This document shows positions 38,936 through 50,820 of a stretch of DNA of 64,000 nucleotides, piece after piece; within the stretch, counting starts at the first letter, position 1; the number at the start of each line of letters is the position of its first letter. The notes beneath the pieces were generated by a model. It did not search any database. It worked only from the letters and a program-made list of their open reading frames with translations, and was not told the DNA's origin. The stretch spans positions 24,986,001 through 25,050,000 of the forward strand of contig NW_026889758.1 of assembly GCF_033153115.1 (NCBI RefSeq), in the 5' to 3' direction. The translations under genes and the position numbers were made by a program. The DNA is from Saccostrea echinata (taxonomy: Eukaryota).

Positions 38936-39487
38936 ATGACACTTTTTCCCATCCTCGGAATTGTGTTTTTATTATGTTTCTCTGACCGTTTAGCAATATG
39001 TGCTAATTGCCCCTATTCTGGAAATCCAACCACAAGTTTAAATGAAATTACTCTCATTCATGGAGCTAAAACGAGAAATATCCCATTTCCAGATGGGCGT
39101 CTATTGGCCCCAGCGCCAGATATAACCGTGTTGAGTAACGACACGTAAGTTTTTTTCCCCCGATACTAAGTACTTTATTGGATGGAATATTTGAAAATTC
39201 AGGATATGGTTAAGCAGTGTATTTCATATCGGGTTTGCAAAGACTTACTTCTTTGTTAAAATTCATTTTGGGGATTTAGAATATACACTTTAAAATCGGG
39301 TTGAAAAGCACATTTGATTAATAATATCAGTAATATAAAGAAACTGAGGTATTAAATTTCGTTGGAAATAAATCTTTGAAAAGAGTTATGATGTGCATAA
39401 TATTATATAATGTTTATTACTTTATTTACTGCTCGTCTATCTGTTCTGTCCAGTTCCTACGAATTGAAAATTCGTGTTGTCTAAGAC

Positions 39488-39534
<47 letters not shown>

Positions 39535-42500
39535 ACAAATAAAAACATGTATAATACATATATTTTATATTAATCTATGATAAAATATATTTTAAAACAT
39601 GTCTTTATTACTTTTTGTAAGTCTACTTTTAAAATTCCTTATTTACTGAGCCATGGTAAGTCAATAGCAATTAATTCAAAGGTCAAAGGGTCAAAGTTGT
39701 TGGTATCTAAAAGAAGGCCTTGTCACAAGGATTACATATATGAAGTATGAAAGCCCTAGAACCAACCTAAAGTTCTAAATTTATGACCAAGGTTAAAGTT
39801 TTTCAAAAGTAGGTCAAACTCCAAGGTCAATGGGCTATAATTGTTGGTATCTAAAGGAAGGTCTTGTCACAAGGATTATACATGTGAAGAATTTACACAT
39901 GTGAAGAATAAAAGCCTTAGCACTAACTGTTCAAATGTCATGGCCAAGGTTAAAGTTTTTCAAATGTTGGTCAAACTCCAAGTTCAAGGTCAAAGGGTCA
40001 AAGTTGTTGGTATTCAAAAGAAGGTGTTTTCACAAGGATTACATATGTGAAGTATGAAAGCCCTAGAACCAACCTAAAGTTCTAAATTTATGACCAAGGT
40101 TAAAGTTTTTCAAAAGTAGGTCAAATTCGTAGGTCAAGGATAAACAGACGAACAGACAGACAGACAGACGGACTGACAGGGCAAAAGCTATATACTCTCG
40201 AATCTTCGATACGGGGGCATAAAAAATCAATAAAAATGCCCATACAGTTTTTCTTTATTTGAATTTAGATATATTTTTCTCCAAAAATAAATCAATAAAA
40301 TAAGTAAAGCATGTGTATTTCCAACAATTTTTTCAGTCAATAGGGACTGTGAATGTACAAATTGTCGCCTGCTAAATATACGTAAAGTGCGGAGGAAGAC
40401 GGTATACAGAGTTGAAGTATTTTACAGTCTTCAGATTATGCACTTCCCCTCCTTTGTGATTGGTAGAAATTACATGATGTGAAAATTTTCAATTATTTCA
40501 TTGGTTAAAATGCTGTTCAAGGGAAGGGAGATAATTTTCTGGTGATCTAATTTTAGTGCGATTTAACAATTTCTCAAGATTTTCAATCTTAAAAAACATT
40601 GATAAAACGAACAGTTGAAAATGGCAATCAATAAATCTAAATAACACTTTAATTTTTTATAGCAATAACTAGAAGGCGTTTCTTTATTTTCATTGTAAAC
40701 AGAAATGTTCTTTTATTATCGCTTGTCAGCTTGTATTTTTCTTTTGTTTTGCACTTATCTTTCTAATCTCTCGTAAACTCCGACCAGCTGCAGAGTTGAT
40801 TCACGGAGAAAGCCGAGCCTGGTTGAACTTTCACATGGTAGGGCTAATGTATGGTGTCCGGATAGGGCCATTTGCAAAAGCTCAACAGTGCGTTCAGAAA
40901 ACTGAACGCGCTGTTGAGCTTTTGCAAATGGCCCTATCCGGACACCATACTAATGTCAGTAAAAATTTAATGCTCAAGAATAATATGGCCTGATAGGTAT
41001 GTGCCAGTTTACTGTTTAAGGTTGATGCTAAAGACGGCCAAGCTTTTTGAAAAAAGCTCTACTTGTACTGAACGAACACATTGTCGTCCATTCGGCATAT
41101 ACTGTATGCCAATATTCAACCTTTTCCCTCTGCAGAATGAGCAGTGATATTACGTATTGTAGATGACCACAAATGTAATAACAGGCCCATTGGGCACAAC
41201 GCTGAGCTAAATAAGTATAGCCCTGCTATTTTTTTATTCCGATGAAAAATTGTGACAGGATATTATTTCCCCACTGTAACACTCTCTATTAATCCACATA
41301 ACATGGTGATGCTTCAATATCAATATGACTAGCATGACCTTGCATTTACGGAGAAAATTCTTTTCCTGTATATACATGTATTATGTCAAATTTGATCCCT
41401 AATTTAGCTAACTCTTACCCATGCATAATATAAAGAAAAAATAAATCCACTCAACTTAGGATTCTTAGCTTAAGGAATAGTAACATGTACACGTTTTTTG
41501 ATCTTTGGAACAAATAATATCGTTTATATCACACTTAATTAACGATGACGGAGCTAATTCATTTCTGCAATAGATTTTTTATTCAAATTTTGATATGAGG
41601 TTAAGTGACTTTTGGTGAGTTAAAATCAATAAAAAAAAATCATATGGTCATCGATGTAGATTTTTAATGGGGAGCGTTTCAAAAGTTGGCAATGGAAATC
41701 GATAATTACTATAGGAAGTACTGGGAAATTGCCAGTGTAGGGTATAAGAGTGATCATTGGGGAAAAAAATTCTGCAATAGAATTTTTTTTCATATTAAAG
41801 GACAATGTTAAAAAGACAATTTACCAGCAAATTATGCCAAAAAATAAATGGGTCATCGGCTTAGATTTTTAAGGGGGGCATGTCAAACTCAGAAGTAGGG
41901 CACATTTTGAGGGAATTTTTCAATGAAAATACCTTGGCCAAATAAATCATTTATTTATAAAATCAACAAATGAATAAAAATCGAAATATTTACAATATTT
42001 TTAATGGAGAGGAAACGTTTGAATATCTTAAAAGAATTAACAATGTATTTTTTTTTTTATCTTTTGCAATACATAATTAAGTCAATTTGATTCAAGGCAT
42101 ATGCGCGGTTTTCTGCGCAGTGGCGTGAAATTTCGAATTAGGTCCGTCGTCCTTAAGGAGAACTGCTTTTCTTGAAATAATAAATTACTTCGACGTAATG
42201 GTAAGCAATAGCAGTAAGACCTATTACTATATTAAATTTAACTGTTTTTACAGACTAACAAATGACACGCGCATTCTTCCAACTATTGGAAATGGGCATA
42301 TCGCTACTGTTGTTAAATCAGACACAATGTGTATGAATGGGCTTTACAACGGTTACGCCATTAAAACACACCGAGCCTTGCTCCCATCTATAATGATAAA
42401 AAGTATTACTATCAACGGAAGTGCTAAGTCCAACTACAGTATAGACTTCAAGAATGGTGCGTAAAAATAATTTAAAGCTTTCTTAATTTGTATATTGATA

Positions 42501-45500
42501 TCAAATATAAGTCAGTGAAAAGTAGAAAAGTATAATTATTGAAAACAACTCCTTGATACAGTTTAATTTCAACCACACTTTGAAGCTGTTTGTAAGCTGT
42601 AAATGAACTTTCCATTAATATTGTATTGAACAATTAAAATATATTTGAAATGGAACAAATTGTCTACTTGTTCTTATTAATCTGTGCAATACATAACTAA
42701 GGCATGTTCGTGGAGAGCCACAGCGGGCAGAACTTCTCAGTGACAATGAAGATGTACGCCCATCGGTCCCTCCCCCAGCTAATAGTGACAGAGCTATTGA
42801 TGCTGAACGAACAACATCTGCCTCTGCAGCTGTCCATCAGCAGTGGTAAGGCAACCGTGACTGATGATCTGGATCAAAATCTCAGTGGGAGTCGTTCATC
42901 ACCCTCAGACAATAATACCGGGTGAGTTAATGTCAAATAGCTTGGAGAAAATCTTTGCATTGAAGTGCACATACATAGAGTACTAGATGACCATGAAATA
43001 TCACTATTATGTTTTTAACAGAATATTTTTCGGAAGAATTAAAGAATTTGAGTATTCTTGGAATGAGACACGCAATGTTACCATGGTTTATTCACGGATA
43101 CCTTCAAATATCTGTGTGGCTCCATATCAAAAGATGGCTCGACTTTTTCTTCTTAGTGTTGATAGTAATCCACAAGTTGCCAAAGAACAGTTTACTGAAG
43201 GTATGAGTTTGGTGTCCATATTAAGTAATGAAAAGCCCCTGTCTCGCTCAAAGACCCTTTAAACCCCCTTTACACAAAGGTGGCGACCGTTGACAGATTG
43301 CTGAGCGATGCAATATTACGCAATCTTTACGATCTTTCAACGATCGCCCAGTCATTGCCATGATCTCTTAGTGGTCTCACATTTCTCAACAGTCTCTCTT
43401 CAAAGTGTTGAACTTATCCAAAACAGTCTTTCAACTATCACAAAGGTAAACAGGCTCTCAAAGAACACAAAGAGAGTGCAGACAGATTGCCCAACAGTCC
43501 CTTGGAATGCAAAATGTTTAGAACGAATGAGGATCTCTTAGTGGTCACTTTCGATCCAACGGTGATCTCCTTTGGTCACACTAAAAGTCTTGATCTTTCA
43601 ACAATCTCCATTGATTTTCAATGATCTTTGTTGGTTGCAAAGTAATCTTTCAACGAACTTTCAGAACTCGCTACAGAAAGCAAAGTACATTGTACGAGTA
43701 ACCACCAATCTCTGCGGAATCTTTCAATGTGCGATCCATGATCGCTCATTGATATCGAAAGATCGTTAAGAAATATAGAGAAATTCTCACATCTCATCGC
43801 TCAATAAGCACTTTATAATCTTCCAATAACATTTACACAGATATAGACTTTTCATGACTCTCAGATATCGCTTAAAGATCTGACCTGTACATCACCCACG
43901 GTTTTCTCAACAGTCTCCATGTTTTTAAAAGGGGGCCTACACGGAGGTTCTGAACGATCTCTAGGCATTGTCATGATCTCTCAATGATATGCCAGAGGTC
44001 TTCACAGTCTTCATGGTCTAAAAAAGTTTGACTCCACCTAAAACGATTTCTCAATGATGACTCTCAAAGACCGCCCGATGATCGTTCAAAAAGCTCAGAA
44101 AGCTCATCTAACGATCTTTTAATTCCCAAATGTGATCTTTCGAAGAACGCAACATATTTTGAACTTCATATGGAAGAGATGTCAGAGAGATCATTGGGAG
44201 ATTGCAGAGAAACCATCTCATCTTTCTGGAGACTTATGGGAGATCCATTTCTCCTTGGGAGATCATTGAGGGTTTTTTTAGAGACTTTTGTAGGATCTGG
44301 GAAAGGCAAGTCGCCGTGAAATTAAGCAATGTTCTATTTTTAATCCCAGAAGAAGTGCATTAAGATCTTCCCTAAACTATATATTTAAACAGAAACGACC
44401 TTTCCTGGCTTTAAGCTATCGCTGAGAAATCGATCAAGTTTAAATCGGCCAAAGGTTTCTCATTTCTCATCCATGATTTAAAGGGGCTTTTATGCAGCAA
44501 CTTTTTCAAGTTGTGTCATAGTTTCTTCGTGATTGTATTGCAGGTGTGACTCTATTCATTAACAACACACTTGAGAATCAGCACATACAGACATGGCAGA
44601 GTATTTGGAACAATGGACGTATCGACGTAGTAGGGAACGACAATCTAGCTAAATTAATATGCTCATCTCTCTACTACATACTCAGCTCCCTTCCCCTGTC
44701 AGAAAAACCGGGTTTCATTGGTCTTTCACCAGGGGGTCTTGCACATGGACTGGTAAACTGAGATTTAATAATAAATAAACTCTTTGAACTCTCTGAACTA
44801 GCAGTCACTACATGTGCATGTATTCATGTCTTTATACTTTCACTGAAATGACACTACTCAAATCAAGTGATCTTATTGAAATAAGTATTTAACTATTTAT
44901 ACTCCTTTGTTCAGATGTATAATGGTCACGTGTTTTGGGACCAAGAGACATGGATGTATCCGCCCATTCAGTTATTGCACAGCGATATAGGCAAGGCTAT
45001 AATCAAAACCAGAATTAGGACACTGGATAACGCTAAACATCAGGCCATGATGAGGGGCTTCAGGGGAGCTATGTATCCATGGGAAAGTGCATTCAGTGGT
45101 AAAATTTATCTAGTAAGATTAATCATATCTGTTACATTCTCGGAGCTACATGTATTTCCGTATATTTAAACTAATATTTCCCCCCTTTTTTGCAGGATAT
45201 GACGTCACACCAGTTCCTCCATACTTCCAGTTTGAAAAACACATAACAGGCGATATATCATTCGCAGCCAGACAATATATTTACCTTACACGTGATACGC
45301 ATTTTCTAATCCATGAAAGAGGGAATGAAATGATAAGAGATATTGCTGAATTTTGGGAATCCCGTGCAGTATTTAATAAAAGAACCAGCGTATATGAAAT
45401 ATATAGTATTTGTTTTGTGTTTTGTGTCTGATATTTTCTGTCTTTTATTGAAGATTATTAGATATTCTTATTGATTACTTGAATTATTAATATATTCTTA

Positions 45501-47264
45501 ATTTGTGTGTAAATTGTTAGAGAATAACTTCTTTGGTCCAAGTATCATAAAAGTTTTAATTATTTCAGAGATTATTGAATAAAGAGACCTGAAAGTGAAT
45601 CGACAGTGGTTGAAAGCTACCATGCAGTGATTATCTTCGTCTGAGCTAGAGCAATGGTCTAAGAGTAGGATTTACTGTTAAGTTTTACTTTGTTGATAGA
45701 TGTGATGCCACCAGATGAGTACCACCACCAAATCAACAACTCTGCCTACACAAACCTCGTGGCCCAACTGAGTCTGCGCCTCCCAGAGTTTATTGATGGA
45801 CTCCTGGGTCAGTACTCCAAGCCTTTATATAAGGAGGTGGCAGACAATATGTACATTCCCTTTGACAAGTCACGACGTTATCATCCAGAATTTGACGGAT
45901 ATCAACAAGGTACATGTAGATCTTGCTCTCTGAAAACGAATTTTTGTACTGTTCTATCCATGTGTTTTTGTTAATTTCCTGTCTATAATGTCGAATGTTG
46001 TTTGCTTTATTTATTTCTTTTTTTTTTTTTTTTTTTTGAAGGCGAAAAGGTAAAACAGGCAGATGTTATTTTGATGGGGTTTCCTTTAATGATGGCTATG
46101 CCTGGAGACGTGCGCAGAAACGACTTACTAATATATGAAAATGTAATATTTTTGGATAAGTATCACATACTCAGCTCTCTTAAAAAGGAATGTATTGAAA
46201 TCTCTCCTTTCTAAATAACATGTTGGATGTTCTTTGGTTTCTTTTTTTAGAATGATTCATTGAAAAGGAATAATTAATTTTCTTACATTTTGACATAACA
46301 ATCTATACAGTATTTTGTATGACAGCATGAATTTACTTCATTCTTAAAAGATGTAAAAGATTTTAATTTTCTGTTTTCTTCATTTCAGGTAACCCCTGCC
46401 GGGCCCGCCATGACGTGGGGAATGTTTGCGATCGGTTACCTGGAACTTAATGATACCACAGAAGCAGCCAGGTTATTCAGAAAGCAAGAAGAAAATGTGG
46501 CGGCCCCTTTTAATGTAAGATCTATGTGTGAAGTGTTTCAGCAATATTGTTTGTCACAGAACATGTACAATTTTTCCATACTTCTGGTGACTACTAGATA
46601 TCGTTAGTTAGAATTACGTTGAGGGAAATGATGAACTTAAATATTAGATGATACACAATACAACACTAGCTGTGTAGTTCCCTACATGTAGATTTGGTGA
46701 AAACGAAAAGTTCACATCATTGATTGATATCCTGCTCGCCTTATTCATGATATCAACCATGAAGCCAATAGAAATCCAGAATGCTTTTGTAATTTCCAGG
46801 TTTGGACGGAGAATGCCGATGGTACAGGAGCCGTCAATTTTATCACAGGTATGGGCGGATTTTTACAGTCTCTATTGTTCGGTTATGGTGGCATCCGGCT
46901 TCATCCAGACAGAATAGATTTCCACGGTCGTCTTCCACCGTCAACAACATCTTTCAAAATCACAGGCCTAGACTATCTTGGCGGATCTATAGATTTATCT
47001 TTCACGAATGACAAAACTAATGTTACATTAACCAAAATGGCAAAACACCCAATGAAGTTAAAATGTGAGGGGAAAACTGTCCGGCTAGAAGTCGGAAAAA
47101 ATATTGAATTTACGACCAGTCCTGCCTCATTAGAACCAGATTTTCCACTACTTCCGACCAAGAAACCAGCAAGTACTATCCCTAGTAAGAACATCAACAT
47201 TGCAGGACAGATCTCGTTGTCTCCGATCTTTATTTTAATATTGATAATTAATCTTGTTTATTGA
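38936..47264 (+). CDS. PGGHG: GH65 PGGHG/ATHL1-like glucosidase, copy 2, ~771 aa, with signal peptide and hydrophobic C-terminus. Exons 38936-39144, 42254-42456, 42702-42921, 43022-43200, 44544-44752, 44915-45098, 45196-45405, 45700-45909, 46042-46142, 46389-46514, 46800-47264
   Basis: Same 11-exon structure and phases as copy 1. Motifs GHVFWDQETWMYP, VMPPDEY, VKQADVIL, GPAMTWGM, VWTENADG. The 2316-nt frame is intact. Confidence 0.92.
39677..40222 (+). mobile_element. pearl/HINE-type element, family B, 5'-truncated copy 5
   Basis: The ~120-bp units, (GACA)n and 3' hairpin are present; the 5' end is absent. Confidence 0.85.
40849..40950. mobile_element. 102-bp near-perfect palindromic insertion
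   Basis: GTATGGTGTCCGGATAGGGCCATTTGCAAAAGCTCAACAG... and its inverse; flanking direct repeat TAAT (or CTAATG). Confidence 0.82.
41543..42152. mobile_element. TTAA-TSD MITE (Kolobok-like)
   Basis: TTAA|CGATGACGGAGCTAATTC ... GAATTAGGTCCGTCGTCC|TTAA. Confidence 0.7.
43259..44491. mobile_element. Probable non-autonomous DNA transposon in PGGHG-2 intron 4
   Basis: Imperfect TIRs AAACCCCCTTTA ... TAAAGGGGCTTT; GATC/TCTC-rich interior of higher GC. The matching intron in copy 1 is only 133 nt. Confidence 0.55.
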
Positions 47265-48628
47265 AATAAACTTTTATACTATTCTATAATTGACCAAAAT
47301 TTTCAATATTCCTTATGAAGATTTCATCGATTCCGATTTATGAATGCACCTAGACCATTGATCCCCAATTATGAATGCAGTCACTGACCATGGCATGAAC
47401 GAAAACTGAATTACTACATATTTTCTCCTATAAAGTCAAGTACCTTCTGATTGATAAGAAGGATATTTATATATGCTCTTTTTTCATCTTAAATATAATA
47501 TAATGTAGTCACTTTTATATCAGTATTACTTTATACATTTTAAGGTAACAAGTTTTTATGACAACCAAAATCTTGAACAGTTATCTGTCCACTTGTGCAT
47601 CATGTCCCGATGGTTGCATTGACAATTTTTTCAATTATAATTTGTCCCATATGAGCGCTTCAACCTCATTTGTACGAGAGCAGAGAATTATGCTATATTT
47701 AATGAAAATATTATTAAACTTGAAAACGTTAAACATATCCAAGTCATTTATAGTTGGATGAATGCATACAACTTGAAATAAACAATCATGAGACAACGTC
47801 AAAGTCTACCGAAATTCATTAACAACGTAAACTTCGGTCAATGCTATCAAGTGCAGGAGGGAGCTGGCATATTTCAAGAGAATATCCGAATGTTGCAACT
47901 AATTTTTTTCCGAATATGTCCTATTTGTGCAATATTGAGGAAAGTGATAAAAAAATACGAATAATGATGGATACCTATCATTTGTAGTGTTAAATCCCTA
48001 TAGACTTTACATCTGCTGTCATGTCAATGTACTAATTGAACTCGCTGAATCGTTTGAAAGCATTAAGTTTAAAAAATGAATAAATTGATAGAACCTATTC
48101 AAATGGCCAAGTCTTTATGTATTTTTATATATAATGCAGAAGACGATGGTGATTGGTTCCTTTGAGTACAGACTTTACTGAGCTGTATGGCATTGCCAAT
48201 TAAATTACAGCACATGCCTGTCCTGACTACTGACAAATGTATATTAATTTTAAAAATCAACAAGACATTTTGAAAAAACAAAACAAAACAAACAAACGAA
48301 ACAAAACAAAAAAGTTTTAAAATATTTTCTTTATCAAAAAGTGAACAATCATGTTTGTTTCACGCTCTGTCAGTAACTACATGTATGTGTTTAACATTAT
48401 AGTATTCCCAACCTACCAATATAATCACTTTTTGTATCATATCTCAAAATAAACCTTGTCTTTCAAACTATAGGTTCGACAGATATATTATTTTATTCAA
48501 ACGTTATGCTTTGAAAGAAACCATCGAGTTCAGCTAGTGTATTGAACCGGTAAGAAATTCTCAGTCTATTGAATGTTAACAAATTACGAAAATCCGTCCC
48601 AAGGATTCACTATTATTCTTTATTTTAC

Positions 48629-48787
48629 AGTCGCCCGCCTGCCGCAGTGGGTAGAGCGTTTGCTCTAGAGTCGCGGAGTAAGGAGTTGATCCTTACATCG
48701 CAGGTTCAAATCCCACTGTGGGACGTGGAGAGCGGTCCTTTAGAGGTGCTGCCATGAAAAAGGGACGTTACAAACAAACAAACAAAC
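48629..48787 (+). mobile_element. tRNA-derived SINE with (CAAA)n tail
   Basis: Head AGTCGCCCGC..AGTGGGTAGAGCGTTTGCTCTAGAGTCGCGG shared with the 29903-30083 SINE; B-box GGTTCAAATCC; ACAAACAAACAAAC tail. Confidence 0.8.
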
Positions 48788-50724
48788 CGTTTTTTATGTC
48801 ATGTCATGGAACACGTTTGGAATCAATCTATTGATCAGTCGTACACTCAGATAATTCCTAGAAATAACAACTCTTTTTTTGACAGTAATGGCCGAAAAAT
48901 ACATTTCCGTTAACTTTGAAAAATTGTGTATCATTATCAATGTTTATGAATCCAATCTGACTAAATATGGTTTTGAAATGATGAATAAAAATTTATTGAC
49001 TGGGTTCGAGGGCAGCATGTGTTTTGTCGGACCGAAGAACCAAACTGTTTGGTTCGGGGGTTGACGAAACGCATTTTGCCCGAGAACACTGTTAATAAAT
49101 GTTTTGGTATATACCTTTAAAAGTCAAGTTGTATGTCATCGAAAGGTCCAATATCATACTAAGCGGTCCAACATTGTTTTTTTTTTTTTTTTTTTTTTTG
49201 ATCGCTCAGTAAAATATAAGACGTTTTTAGTATATATTTTTATAGGAAATTATTTTTAAAGGTATAATAAACTTTTATGTTTAATGATTTTTTCTTGAAA
49301 ATACGTCAAACTTATTTGAAATCGCTTAAAAAGTGATGGAAGCGCTCGTATTGGACAGATTATAACTGTGTTTTCAGAACCAAGTGAAAGGTCAAAAGTT
49401 TTATGTGCAAACTCTTTGCATTCGGTATATATACATTAACTTTATGATGATTTTTTTTTTCTTATTGGTAAGTGAATGTCACTTGAACAAATAACTCTTT
49501 AATATACATTTCATCACAGGGAATAGGCATTAAGATCAACATTTATGTAAAAATATTTTTTGAATAAATCTGAGTGAAATTGTTTTTGGATTTATGATTT
49601 AAATTTATGTTTGAATGTATTTATGCGCGATATGTTTCGCAAAAATATGCGATAATATAATTAATGAGAAGTGCTTATACTGTTCTAGGACGAGAAATGT
49701 GAATATGACCTCGACAAAATGTCATGTCCCTGTCACAGGTCTGAGGAAAATGACCGACTTTTCTTTTATCAGTTTATGTGTACTTAAAAAGACAATTAAT
49801 ATGGCACTGTGCCTTTGCATAAATTGAAAAGTAAAGAATTTAGATGTTGGTTCTGTTTCTTAATTTTTTTATAAATTGGTGAACTAACGATAACACCAAA
49901 ACTACACTTAGTATCTAATTTTATTAAAGTTTTTTTTTTAATATATGGTCACGTGTGACTTATAAACTACTGCATATGTGCTTGTTTAAGCTGGAAAGTT
50001 TATTGGAGACCAAATTATTATTTAATAACACTGTTTTATGTTATATAAGGTTTGCCTTTTTACTCGGTACTTGTTCTATATTGTGACCCGTCGATGTGAA
50101 AAAAGCCATATTTGATTTAGAAATCTCCTAGTCAGAATTAGTCGACGGACGAAGGTTAAGGTTACAAGACCAGGATAACGTCCATTTTTGAAGTATACCT
50201 CAGTTTACATTAAAACATCATACAGTAGGCGTGTGAGCAGGAAATGAAAATTTCCCCAATTCCTGTAAGATGTCGGAACATCAGTTATTAACATCGAATT
50301 GAGGGAGCTATGTCCTGATTCAATATTCTTTATACTGTTCCTGTAAACACTGTACAAATCATGCATTTATACATGCAGGTAAAAAGTGGTCTTGGTCAAG
50401 AGCTTAAAGCATACAGATGCCATGCCGTCCATAATACTGCGGTGTATAATTAAGAAATTCACAGATACATGTAATTATTTAAGGAAAAGGATGAGATTTT
50501 AAACTCAGGTTTCGATTTAATGTAATCGTCATTTACTTTACTTAGGTTTGTAAAATGACATAATGATGAACAAATATATACATGCGATATTGATAAAGTT
50601 AAAGAGAGATACTGAAGATGGTTGCACATCTTCCTAACACAAATATTGTTAAGTGGATATTTTAGTCCTTTATATTATGGTCTTTCTGCATATTATAACG
50701 ACACAAGTATGTGTGTCACGTCTT

Positions 50725-50761
50725 CAGATAACGTTTGATAAAGACAAGGGTTCTATTTAAG
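50725..50761 (+). promoter_or_regulatory. Putative core promoter of ependymin-related copy 1 (GATA sites plus TATA-like box)
   Basis: AGATAA and TGATAA, then GTTCTATTTAAG ~60 nt before the ATG. The same 12-mer lies at the same spacing in copy 2. Confidence 0.55.
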
Positions 50762-50820
50762 AACTTGGGACTTGCAGAAGACCGTTACTTTGGATCGTCT
50801 GCCAGTGTAGTCTGTTCACC

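Noticed and set aside
39489-39531. Long poly(A) run as a retrocopy tail
   Set aside because: No recognisable retroposed body or TSD; treated as a simple homopolymer, like those near 37741 and 49176.
26793-47264. Horizontal transfer of bacterial GH65, or a haplotig false duplication
   Set aside because: Both copies have 11 exons with shared intron positions and the animal PGGHG motif set, and they are too diverged to be alleles.
48629-48725. tRNA gene with an apparent CUA (amber-suppressor-like) anticodon
   Set aside because: The anticodon and acceptor stems do not pair, and the sequence continues into a SINE body with a (CAAA)n tail. The same applies to the copy at ~30083.
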